Notes: generated by a model not told the origin, from the letters alone. Positions 5,958 to 15,079 are shown, numbered from the stretch's first letter. The stretch is 64,000 bases of DNA from an uncultured bacterium (GCA_938040315.1 CALHQW010000024.1:599-64598); one strand, 5' to 3'. Program-made: numbers and translations.

Positions 5958-7088
5958 TTAAAGAGAGAAGTTATAACCAAAATATAGTTTAAAAGAAAAT
6001 CCTTTGGCATTAAGTAATATCCCTTTATAATACTCTTGGATTATTAGAAAATCAAATTTTTTAATATTTATTCCTAAACCAAGTCCAATTTCATAAGAGA
6101 AATTTTCTAAATAAATATCTTTACTAACCGGCAAATAAAGAGTCAAAGAATTAATAATTGATAAAAAATTAAAGGGTTGGTAATTTAATTTAGAATAAAA
6201 TTTAAAGAATTCTTTTATTGCCCAAGAGAGACCGGGTTCAATTTTAAAATAATCTTTTATTTTATTCTCTAAACCGAAATTAATCTCTGTTGGCAAAGGA
6301 TTATTAACAAATCCCTTTGTCTCTTTTTCTTCTTTATTAAAGGAATAATAATTGCCCGCACTTATCTTGTTAAAATTTAAAGAATCAATTATTAAAGTAA
6401 TCTTGCCAATCCGATTATCTTTCTGCCAAAGAATTCTGTTTCCCAAATTTTCAATTATAATTTTAAAACCAAATTTTTCATTCCTTTTTCTTCCGAAAGC
6501 AATATCAAAACCAAAACCTCGACCACCAGAACTTTTTTGATAATTTATTTCATTATAAAAATTGAGGGAATTCTGGGTAGTCAAAAGATTTAAATAATTA
6601 TTTTCAGTTTTCAAATAATAATAGCCTTCTAAATAACTTATTCCCAAACCTAAGATCCAATCTCTTTTAAGAGAAAAATTAAAACTATTTTTTATTTGAC
6701 TAAAGGCAAAAACTTCTCCTTTGCTCTCTTTTGATTGATAAATCTGATTTAATCTATTACCAAAAAAAAGTAAATCAAAAATCTCTTTCTCAATCCTTCC
6801 TTTACTTCGGAAATTAAAAGAAATAGCCAAATTCCAAAAATGATAATAGAGAGATAAAAAAGATAAATTAACTTCACCAGACAATTTTAGACCCTCTTGG
6901 GGAATAATCTTCAAAATAGTTTCTTTATCCTTTTTATCTAAATATTTTCCATTATAATAATTATAATCTTTACCACTAAAAGCATTATTATAAAAATTGA
7001 GATTAACACCAAAAATCTGATAATAAACTTTATTTTCCGAAAATAAACTTATAAAATTAAAAAAAGTTAAAATTAAATAAATTGCCAT
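5958..7088 (-). CDS. predicted outer-membrane beta-barrel protein (family not recognised)
   Basis: 376 aa with a hydrophobic N-terminus, alternating aromatic/Gly beta-strand pattern, and a C-terminal ...YFGYNFSL. It lies 2 nt downstream of the lipoprotein gene. Confidence 0.5.
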   Translation of the reverse strand: MAIYLILTFFNFISLFSENKVYYQIFGVNLNFYNNAFSGKDYNYYNGKYLDKKDKETILKIIPQEGLKLSGEVNLSFLSLYYHFWNLAISFNFRSKGRIEKEIFDLLFFGNRLNQIYQSKESKGEVFAFSQIKNSFNFSLKRDWILGLGISYLEGYYYLKTENNYLNLLTTQNSLNFYNEINYQKSSGGRGFGFDIAFGRKRNEKFGFKIIIENLGNRILWQKDNRIGKITLIIDSLNFNKISAGNYYSFNKEEKETKGFVNNPLPTEINFGLENKIKDYFKIEPGLSWAIKEFFKFYSKLNYQPFNFLSIINSLTLYLPVSKDIYLENFSYEIGLGLGINIKKFDFLIIQEYYKGILLNAKGFSFKLYFGYNFSL

Positions 7089-7090
7089 AA

Positions 7091-9001
7091 TTATTTTTTA
7101 ATTGATTTTACTATCTCCTTTGTTTTTACTTTTAATATCGCATAAGTATTAAAACTTAAAAAATCATTAGGTCTTAAAAGAACGGTATCACTTTCTGGTA
7201 AATAAATCTTCAAAATAGTTTTCAATCCTTCTTTTTTAAAGATTTCTAACTCTCTTTCATTCATTTCTAAAACTATTTCACTTTCCTTTTCTTTTTCACA
7301 ATAACCCTTTTTTGAAACTATGCCACTTTGTAAAACAAAAGGAAGAACTACCGAATCTCCTCTTTCTGATTTTATAACTATTGAGCCATCAAAACCAATT
7401 GGAAAATGGTTGATAACTTCCACAACCAATTCGCCCCCTACTAAATTTTTATTAATCTTTTCTTTTTCGCTTTCTTTTAGATAAATTTCTTTCTCGTAAG
7501 CGATGAAGGTATCTTTACTAAAAGAAAATTTTAGTGGTATCTCAACCGAAGCATTCACTAAAATAAAATCTTTTTCTTCCAGTTCTCCTTTACCAATTAT
7601 TCTTCCCAAATAATTAAATTCCAAAACTTTCGGACCATTATTTATTAAATTAGTAATATCAATTTTTTCGTTTATTCTTTGGATAGGTTGACCATTTCTT
7701 GAAGGCAGTTCAATTTCTTTATAAAGAGAAGAGACTTCTTTATTACGGTTAACACTTTTACCAGTGAGAAAAAATTTAATCGGTACTTCTATATCATAAA
7801 TAAAATCTAAAAACATTTCTACCTTTTCAAATTTTATTCCCTTGGGATTTCCTAAGAGATCTAATATTAAAGAATCTTTTTTATTCAAAAAATAGAAGGG
7901 TGATAAAAAGGCACCATCAATTTTCTTAAACTTTAAATCTCTTAATAATCCACTAAAAGAAAGATAATCCTCTTTTCTAATATTGAAAAAATTCTCTGTA
8001 TCCTTAATTTGGGCATTAATTTCTATTGGCAAAAGAAACCCTTTCTTATCAATAGAATTTTGTTTAATAATTTTCCCTTCTAAGGAGATAGCAATCCTTT
8101 TATTTCCGTAGGGATTAATATCAAAATTATTTTCATAATTTATTTCTCCAATTTTGAGAGAGATTAATAGCGGAAAGGAAAATTGATTTATAAAATCTAA
8201 ATCCAAAAAACCTTCCTTTATTTCTCCATAATTTAAATCAAAATCAATTGATGGATTAAAATAGTGGGTAGAAGTATAATTTAAAACTGAATTTTTAAAT
8301 TTTAATTCGCCCTCAATTAATTTAATATTTGTGAATTTAAATATTAATTTTAAATAATCCCTTTTTCTTACTAATAAAGATTCATCAGTGGAAATCTCGT
8401 AAACCAATAAGAGATTAATCGGTGAAGAAAGAAATATATTCTCAATTATTTCCGACAACTCCTTCTGAGAATTTGGTTCTAAAATTCCGAGATTAAAGTT
8501 AAAATTACTTATATTAATTTTAAAGTATCTAAAATTTATTAATGAATGGTTTTCAATATTTAAAGCAAAAAAAGATCTTTCAATGAGACCATAATGAAAA
8601 TTATCTAAATTGATTACTTTCTCTAACTCCTTTTGTAAATTTATTGGTGGTAAAATGATAAAACTATCAGGAATGGTAACTCCCAAAATCTCTTCAATAT
8701 TAATGATTATTTCTTTAGAAAAGGTATCGCAAATTTCAAAATAATTAAAATAATAAGTATTATTAACTCGATCGCTACTAAAATTAATTTTTGTTATTGG
8801 AAAAAAGGTATCAAAACTATTTTGATAAAAGAAATTAAAGATTGAATCGGAATTAAAAGTAAAATAATGGGAATCTAAAAAAGAAAAGATGGTAAAATCT
8901 TTTTTTAATAAGGGAATTGTTATTTCGGTATCCCATTCCGGAAGTTTTGGTTTTTCTAAGCAAGCCAAAAAGAAGACTCCTAAAAAGAATAACTTTTTCA
9001 C
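7091..9001 (-). CDS. predicted lipoprotein, 636 aa, unknown function
   Basis: GTG start with AGGAGGTG SD. The signal MKKLFFLGVFFLAC carries a lipobox-like cysteine. Confidence 0.55.
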   Translation of the reverse strand: MKKLFFLGVFFLACLEKPKLPEWDTEITIPLLKKDFTIFSFLDSHYFTFNSDSIFNFFYQNSFDTFFPITKINFSSDRVNNTYYFNYFEICDTFSKEIIINIEEILGVTIPDSFIILPPINLQKELEKVINLDNFHYGLIERSFFALNIENHSLINFRYFKINISNFNFNLGILEPNSQKELSEIIENIFLSSPINLLLVYEISTDESLLVRKRDYLKLIFKFTNIKLIEGELKFKNSVLNYTSTHYFNPSIDFDLNYGEIKEGFLDLDFINQFSFPLLISLKIGEINYENNFDINPYGNKRIAISLEGKIIKQNSIDKKGFLLPIEINAQIKDTENFFNIRKEDYLSFSGLLRDLKFKKIDGAFLSPFYFLNKKDSLILDLLGNPKGIKFEKVEMFLDFIYDIEVPIKFFLTGKSVNRNKEVSSLYKEIELPSRNGQPIQRINEKIDITNLINNGPKVLEFNYLGRIIGKGELEEKDFILVNASVEIPLKFSFSKDTFIAYEKEIYLKESEKEKINKNLVGGELVVEVINHFPIGFDGSIVIKSERGDSVVLPFVLQSGIVSKKGYCEKEKESEIVLEMNERELEIFKKEGLKTILKIYLPESDTVLLRPNDFLSFNTYAILKVKTKEIVKSIKK

Positions 9002-9027
9002 ACCACACCTCCTTTATTTATAAAAAA

Positions 9028-9320
9028 AGGGCTACCGGTACCCTGGGTCCGTTCGTCTCGCCTCTAAAATATTATTAAGAGGTGGCATCCTCTATTTTTT
9101 GAACGGTTCACTCAGTAGTACCAGCGCCCTTTTTCTTCATCTCCTCCTCCCCTCTAAATTAACCGGGGGCCTAAAAATGAGGACTGGGCTATGAACTCAA
9201 AAGGGAGGTTAAATCTTAGACCCCCGAATCTTATTTGGGATGTAGTGCTGCCATCGGAACACCCAAACGCCTAAACTTTTATCCTTCCTCCGAAACCGAA
9301 AATTCGCACTACATCCCAAA
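9028..9320. ncRNA. GC-enriched, highly structured RNA-like element of unknown class (strand unresolved)
   Basis: Three long helices were read directly: 9029-9054 with 9101-9129, 9164-9174 with 9216-9226, and a perfect 15-bp helix 9234-9248 with 9306-9320. There is also a CCTCT/AGAGG/CCTCT alternative-pairing triplet at 9061-9093. The first helix is flanked by A7 and T5. Confidence 0.5.
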
Positions 9321-9646
9321 CAATGTGGTAAGGAGGTGAAAATGCGAGCAATCTTATCTTTTATTTTTTATCTTTACCCACTTTTCAAAGAACCTTTCTA
9401 TTTCTTTCTATAAAAGAAAGTTCAAAAACTATGCCAAAAGAAAAATTAAAAACTTTAAAAAAACATTGATTTTTAAAGGTTTTATTAAAGTCTCTATAAT
9501 TATCTAAAATAAAATTCTTCTATAAAAGTGCGACAAAATAAACTTAAGATAAACAATTGTTATTTAAATCACATAATTTCAATAATTTATAAAAAAATGT
9601 GACACTCTTTAATTTTTAAGATTTATATAAAATAAAGGTTTATATC

Positions 9647-9674
9647 TTGACTTTTATTTTAAATATATTATAAT
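9647..9674 (+). promoter_or_regulatory. sigma70-like promoter TTGACT-16-TATAAT, with the -10 ending 7 nt before the rimP ATG (leaderless geometry)
   Basis: Read directly. There is no SD between the -10 box and ATG 9682. Confidence 0.5.
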
Positions 9675-9681
9675 TATTTCT

Positions 9682-10149
9682 ATGGAAAAATTACCAGAAG
9701 AGGTTTATAATTTAATTTTTAAAACGGTGAATGAAAAGGGATTAGAACTTTATGATGTGGAATATGATGGAAAAAATTTGAGAGTTTATATTGATATGCC
9801 TGGTGGAGTAACAATTAATATCTGCGAAGAAGTATCTAATATATTATCATTAAAATTAGATGCTTTGGATTTAATACCCCATTCTTATATTTTAGAAGTC
9901 TCTTCTCCTGGTGTGGAAAGAAAGTTAAAAAATGCCACACATTTTAAAAAAGTGATTGGCAAAAAGATAATGGTCCAAAAAGATAATGACTACGTTTATG
10001 GTGAACTTTTAAATGCCGATGACCAACTAATTACTTTAAAAACTTTAGAAAGTTCTTATTTAAAACCAGGAGAAATTGTGAATATTAACTATTCAGAAAT
10101 AAAAAAAGCCGAAGTAAAAGTTACTACTAAGGAGTTATTTAAAAAATGA
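9682..10149 (+). CDS. rimP: ribosome maturation factor RimP
   Basis: 155 aa with the LEVSSPGVERKL motif. Lies upstream of nusA, which is the conserved order. Confidence 0.85.
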   Translation: MEKLPEEVYNLIFKTVNEKGLELYDVEYDGKNLRVYIDMPGGVTINICEEVSNILSLKLDALDLIPHSYILEVSSPGVERKLKNATHFKKVIGKKIMVQKDNDYVYGELLNADDQLITLKTLESSYLKPGEIVNINYSEIKKAEVKVTTKELFKK

Positions 10150-11423
10150 AAAGAGAAGAAATTTTAAATTATCTTAGTGAAATTGCCCGAAAAAGGAATG
10201 TTGATATATTATATGTTAATGAAGCCTTAAAAGAAAGTTTGATTACGGGACTTAAAAAAAGATATGGTTCCGATTCCGAACCGGAAGTAGAGATTGATTT
10301 AGAAAAAGGAGAAATTAGAATTTTTCTAAATAAAACTGTCGTAGAGTCAGTAATAAAATTAGGCAAGGAGATCTCTTTAGAGGAAGCCAAAACAATTAAT
10401 CCGGATGCAAAAATTGGAGATAAAATTAGGGTTCCTTTGCCACTCAATGAGGTTGGCCGTTCTACTATTCAAAAGGCTGCTGATGAGTTAATAAATCGGC
10501 TCCGTTCTGTTGAGAAGAATAAATTATACGAGGAATTCAAAAAAAAGGAAAAGGAGATTACTTCGGGCACCATTTATCAAGTTACCAAAGACCGGGTCAT
10601 TGTTAATTTAGGCGCGGTGGAAGGCTATTTTTTGCCGCAGGACTATTTAAAATCTGACCGATTAAGACCAGGAACAGTTATTAAAGCCTACGTAGTGAAA
10701 GTCGAAAAAACTCCCTTGGGACCAAGAGTTCATTTATCTCGAACTCATCAAGAATTTGTAAAAAAACTTTTAGCCAAGGAGGTTCCAGAAATTCAACAAA
10801 ATATAGTTCAAATTAAAGCCATTGCCCGGATTCCTGGTATCCGAACAAAAATCGCTGTTCATTCGGAGGACGAGAAAATTGATCCGGTGGGCGCCTGTGT
10901 TGGTTTCAAACGTTCAAGAATTGAAAATGTTCTAAAAGAACTTGGCGAAGAAAAAATTGATATTATCCAGTGGTCAAAGGATTTAAAAATTTTTGTTGCT
11001 CGGGCATTAAGTCCGGCAAAAGTAAAAGAAGTAATAAAAGAAAATGATAAATATATTGCTGTCGTTCCTGATAGTGATTATCCAATTGCTGTTGGGAAAA
11101 AGGGTAATAATGTTAATTTAGCCAGTCGAGTAACTGGTGCCAATATTGAAATTTTAAAATTGAGCGACTATTTAGATAGACAAATAAAAGAAAAAGCAAA
11201 AACTATCTTGTTAAAAGATTTAGACCTTTCTGATATTCTTTTAGAAAAATTAGCCGAAAACCAAATTATTAGGGCCTTTGACTTATTAACTGCTTCCGAA
11301 GAAAATATAAGTAAATTTATTAATTATGATATTGAGCAGGTAAAAAAATTAAAAAAGGATGTGGAAGAGAAGATAAAAGAAAAATTCTTTACCCACGAAA
11401 CCGAAGAGGAAAGTGGAAGTTAA
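10146..11423 (+). CDS. nusA: transcription termination/antitermination factor NusA
   Basis: S1/KH domain pattern (VKVEKTPLGPRVHLSRTH..., DPVGACVGFKRSRI). Conserved rimP-nusA-infB order. Confidence 0.95.
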   Translation: MKREEILNYLSEIARKRNVDILYVNEALKESLITGLKKRYGSDSEPEVEIDLEKGEIRIFLNKTVVESVIKLGKEISLEEAKTINPDAKIGDKIRVPLPLNEVGRSTIQKAADELINRLRSVEKNKLYEEFKKKEKEITSGTIYQVTKDRVIVNLGAVEGYFLPQDYLKSDRLRPGTVIKAYVVKVEKTPLGPRVHLSRTHQEFVKKLLAKEVPEIQQNIVQIKAIARIPGIRTKIAVHSEDEKIDPVGACVGFKRSRIENVLKELGEEKIDIIQWSKDLKIFVARALSPAKVKEVIKENDKYIAVVPDSDYPIAVGKKGNNVNLASRVTGANIEILKLSDYLDRQIKEKAKTILLKDLDLSDILLEKLAENQIIRAFDLLTASEENISKFINYDIEQVKKLKKDVEEKIKEKFFTHETEEESGS

Positions 11424-11427
11424 TTTT

Positions 11428-13470
11428 ATGAAAACCGATCGTTTGAAAGTAAATGAGGTCGCTAAAAGACTTAACCTTTCGCCTAAGGCGGTTGTTAATT
11501 TGTTAAAAGAATTGGGATTTAAAGAAAGGGGGTACACTTCTTTTGTCACCTTTGAAGAATACGAAGCAATAAAAAGAAAAATTAAAGAGGAAGAAAAATT
11601 ATATGTCGGTAAGATTGAAAAAAAAGAAGAATTAGAAAAAGAATCAAAGGAAGAAAAAAAATTTAAAGGAAGCGAAAGTAAAATTCAAAAGCCAAGTATC
11701 AAAGTTAAAAAGATTGAGAAAAAAAAGATAGCCTCGCCGGAGAAATTTAAAATTGAAGTTACCCCTTTTATGACTGTTTCTCAATTGGCAGCAGCCTTTG
11801 ATGTTTTACCCGCGGATATTATCAAAGTTTGCTTAAAATTGGGTTTAATCGCTACCATTAATCAACGATTAGATTTGGATACCATCTATTTACTTGCTGA
11901 TGAATTTAAAAAAGAGATTGTTGTAAAAGAAGAAGTACCGATTGAAAAAAAATTAACCGAAGTTGCTTTACAACCTCGACCACCAGTGGTCACGGTTATT
12001 GGTCATGTGGATCACGGAAAAACTACTTTATTAGATTACATTAGAAAAACCAAAATTGCGGAAAAGGAGGTTGGTAGAATAACTCAACATGTAGGCGTTT
12101 CCGTTGTAAATTACAAAAATGAAAAGATTATCTTTCTTGATACTCCTGGACACGAAGCCTTCACGGCGATGAGAGCCAGGGGAATTCAAGTAACAGACAT
12201 TGCCATTTTAGTAGTCGCTGCCAATGAAGGAGTAAAACCGCAAACAGAAGAAGCAATAAATCATGCTCGGGCAGCGGGCGTGCCAATTATTGTGGCAATT
12301 ACGAAAGTTGACTTACCCGATGCTAATCCCGAAAAAGTAAAAGCCCAGTTGGCTAACTATGGAATCCGCGTTGAAGGGTATGGTGGCGATGTGATTGCGG
12401 TAGAAACCTCGGCTTATACTGGTTATGGCATTGATGATCTATTAGATGCAATTCTTTTAGTTAGTCATATTGCCAATCTTAAAGCACCTTTTGAAGGTTT
12501 AGGCACAGGAGTAGTAATTGATAGCCGAATTGATAAAGGTAGAGGAATTATTGCTACTGTCTTAACTTATGAAGGAAGAATTGAAAGGGGAAATTTCTTT
12601 GTCTGTGGCGAAGTTTATGGTAAGGTAAGAGATATTTTTGATGTTTTACCCGATAAGTTTAAAAGAATTGAATTTAGTGACCCAGCCAATCCTTGTCAAA
12701 TTACTGGTTTTTCCGAAATTCCCGAACCCGGCGAAAAGTTTATGGTGGTGGAAAATGAAAAAATTGCTCGCGAATTAGCCCAAAGAAAAAAATTACAAAA
12801 ACAAACAGAAAAATTAAAATTACAAAAAAAATTAACCTTACAATCCATTCAAGAAAAAATTCAAAAAGGTGAGACAAAAGAATTAAAAATTGTTTTAAAA
12901 GCCGATGTGATGGGTTCTTTAGAAGCAATAAAACATGCTTTGGAAGAATTATCCTTAGAAGAAGTGAAAATTAAAATTATTCATGCGGGAATCGGTGCCA
13001 TTACAAAATCGGATGTATTATTAGCAGCGGCTTCGGAAGCAATTGTGGTTGGTTATCACGTATCTCCTTTAAACGATGCTCAAGAAATTGCTGACCGACA
13101 AAAAATTGAAATAAGAACTTATAAAATTATTTATCAAGCGATTGACGACATTCGGGCAGCCCTGTTGGGTCTTTTAGAAGAAGAGAAAAAGGAAGTATTG
13201 ATTGGTAAAGCAATTGTGAGAAAGGTATTTAATATAAAGGGAGTAGGCTTAGTAGCCGGTGCTTTTGTTTTAGAAGGCAAAATAATAAGGGATGGTATTG
13301 TTAAGGTTCTAAGAAACGATACCGAAATTTTTAAAGGTAAAATAACTTCTTTAAAAAGATTTAAAGAAGATGTAAAAGAAGTGGAGGCAAACTACGAATG
13401 TGGAATTGGCATTGGTGGGATTGAAGATCTACAAGAAGAAGATTTGTTGGAATGTTATATTGAAGAATAG
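11428..13470 (+). CDS. infB: translation initiation factor IF-2
   Basis: GTPase motifs GHVDHGKTTLLD, DTPGH and TKVD. The start could be ATG 11428 or GTG 11413. Confidence 0.95.
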   Translation: MKTDRLKVNEVAKRLNLSPKAVVNLLKELGFKERGYTSFVTFEEYEAIKRKIKEEEKLYVGKIEKKEELEKESKEEKKFKGSESKIQKPSIKVKKIEKKKIASPEKFKIEVTPFMTVSQLAAAFDVLPADIIKVCLKLGLIATINQRLDLDTIYLLADEFKKEIVVKEEVPIEKKLTEVALQPRPPVVTVIGHVDHGKTTLLDYIRKTKIAEKEVGRITQHVGVSVVNYKNEKIIFLDTPGHEAFTAMRARGIQVTDIAILVVAANEGVKPQTEEAINHARAAGVPIIVAITKVDLPDANPEKVKAQLANYGIRVEGYGGDVIAVETSAYTGYGIDDLLDAILLVSHIANLKAPFEGLGTGVVIDSRIDKGRGIIATVLTYEGRIERGNFFVCGEVYGKVRDIFDVLPDKFKRIEFSDPANPCQITGFSEIPEPGEKFMVVENEKIARELAQRKKLQKQTEKLKLQKKLTLQSIQEKIQKGETKELKIVLKADVMGSLEAIKHALEELSLEEVKIKIIHAGIGAITKSDVLLAAASEAIVVGYHVSPLNDAQEIADRQKIEIRTYKIIYQAIDDIRAALLGLLEEEKKEVLIGKAIVRKVFNIKGVGLVAGAFVLEGKIIRDGIVKVLRNDTEIFKGKITSLKRFKEDVKEVEANYECGIGIGGIEDLQEEDLLECYIEE

Positions 13471-13755
13471 ATGACCGTTGGTCTATTAATTATTGATTGT
13501 CTTTGTGGCAATGGTCAATCTTTGAAAGATAAAAGAAGATTTATTAATTCTTTGTTTGCCCGCTTAAAAAAGGAATTTAACATTTCAATATTAGAAATGG
13601 ATTACCAAGATTTATGGCAGCGTTCCAAATTAGCCATCTGTTTTATTAACAACTCAAATGAGGCTTCTTTAAAAACAAAAAGCAACTTACTAAAATTTTT
13701 AGAAAACTACCCTAACTTAACAATTTTAGACCATCAGTATCAAAAATTGTATTAG
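13471..13755 (+). CDS. DUF503 (YlxP-like) protein
   Basis: SLKDKRR...L...FN.S..E.DYQDLWQRS pattern. Its position directly after infB is conserved. Confidence 0.8.
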   Translation: MTVGLLIIDCLCGNGQSLKDKRRFINSLFARLKKEFNISILEMDYQDLWQRSKLAICFINNSNEASLKTKSNLLKFLENYPNLTILDHQYQKLY

Positions 13756-13757
13756 AG

Positions 13758-14156
13758 ATGTATTATACTTTAAAAATTACTACACCAAAAAGGATTGCTT
13801 TTGTTGATATAACCCCAAAAATTGAAGAGGTGATAAATAAAAGTGGCATAAATTCAGGAATCTGTTACCTTTATGTCCCCCATACGACTTGTGGAATCAC
13901 TATTAACGAAAATTACGATCCCTCAGTAATCAATGATATTAATAATATCCTATCTCGTTTGATTCCTAAAAATGGAGCCTATGAGCATACCGAAGGCAAT
14001 GCTGATGCTCATATCAAAACTTCTTTAATTAACTCCTTTGCTCTTCTCTTTTTTGAAAATAAAAAGATTGTTTTAGGTACTTGGCAAGGAGTTTTTCTTT
14101 GCGAATTTGATGGACCGAGAGAAAGAAAGGTTTATCTTAAAATTCTTCCTGATTAA
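13758..14156 (+). CDS. YjbQ/UPF0047 family protein (secondary thiamine-phosphate synthase-like)
   Basis: Motifs VPHTTCGITINEN, EGNADAHIKTSL and LGTWQGVFLCEFDGPRERK. Confidence 0.85.
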   Translation: MYYTLKITTPKRIAFVDITPKIEEVINKSGINSGICYLYVPHTTCGITINENYDPSVINDINNILSRLIPKNGAYEHTEGNADAHIKTSLINSFALLFFENKKIVLGTWQGVFLCEFDGPRERKVYLKILPD

Positions 14157-15079
14157 ATTTTCTCCCGGTAATAATTAAGCAATCTTATTAAAGTATCTTT
14201 GATTTCTAATTGAAATTCAAATTTTGTTAAATTTTTAAATTTGGTATTATCACCAGAAAGAAAAGGAATATCCCATTTTCTTTCTTTTTCTTTGGAAGAA
14301 ATTACTTTGATTTTCACATTAGTTTGATTTAATAAAAATTCTAAAGTCTCTTTTAATTTTATTGGCTTACCATTAGTGATATTATAAATCTCACCCTTTT
14401 TACCATAGATAAAAGCAAAGTAATAAGCCTCCACAATATCCTCAACAGGTAAATAATCTCTTTCTATTTCTAAATTACCAACTTCTAAAATTGGTGGAAT
14501 TTTACCTTTTTCTATCTCGGCAATTTTTTTACAACAATAAGGAAAAAAGAAATTCTCATTTTGACCAATTCCCGTATGACTGAAGGGTCTTAAAATTAAG
14601 GCATCCATATCATAAATTTTTACATAATGTTGAACAAGTTTTTCAGCAAAAAATTTACTTAAAGCATAAGGGCTTATCGGATTTAATTCGTCCTCCTCTT
14701 TTACCTTTTTCTTCTCTTTCAAAGGACCATAAACCTCAGCAGTAGAAATATAAATGAAGCGAGATTTAAGTTCTAACTCCTTTATTGCCCAGATAAGATT
14801 TAAAGTGCCTAAGGTATTTACTTCATAAGTTAAATACTCTTCTTTATAAGATAAGGCTACCGAAGTTTGCGCCGCCAAGTGAAAAATTCCCTCTGGTTTT
14901 AGTTTTTCTAATAGATTTTTAACATCTTCCCTTTTTCTAATATCTAAAAAAAAGAAATTTTCTTTTATCTGAACGGGCGAACTATAATAAGTACCATAAA
15001 CTTCATAACCTTTATTGATTAAAAAATTAAAAAGATACTTACCAACAAAACCCTCACTACCAGTAATTAAAATTTTCAT
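14153..15079 (-). CDS. NAD-dependent epimerase/dehydratase, GDP-4-keto-6-deoxy-mannose reductase-like
   Basis: TGSEGFVG Rossmann motif and YxxxK (YALSK). Adjacent to the gmd-like gene. Confidence 0.65.
   Translation of the reverse strand: MKILITGSEGFVGKYLFNFLINKGYEVYGTYYSSPVQIKENFFFLDIRKREDVKNLLEKLKPEGIFHLAAQTSVALSYKEEYLTYEVNTLGTLNLIWAIKELELKSRFIYISTAEVYGPLKEKKKVKEEDELNPISPYALSKFFAEKLVQHYVKIYDMDALILRPFSHTGIGQNENFFFPYCCKKIAEIEKGKIPPILEVGNLEIERDYLPVEDIVEAYYFAFIYGKKGEIYNITNGKPIKLKETLEFLLNQTNVKIKVISSKEKERKWDIPFLSGDNTKFKNLTKFEFQLEIKDTLIRLLNYYREKI

Noticed and set aside
9028-9320. I tested whether the structured intergenic RNA is tmRNA, RNase P RNA, SRP/4.5S RNA or a T-box, TPP or cobalamin riboswitch.
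   Set aside because: None of the signatures I looked for is present on either strand. There is no GGAAAGUCC / ACAGAA..CGGCUUA pair (RNase P) and no tRNA-like GGUUCGA...CCACCA end or tag ORF ending in Ala-Ala (tmRNA). There is no GGAA-tetraloop/AGCA domain IV (SRP), no clear GGGUGGUACCGCG T-box and no CUGAGA...ACCUGAUCUGGAUAAUGCCAGCG core (TPP). There is no convincing cobalamin B12 box either, only a bare GCCAC. The class is left unassigned rather than forced. An Rfam covariance-model scan is still needed.
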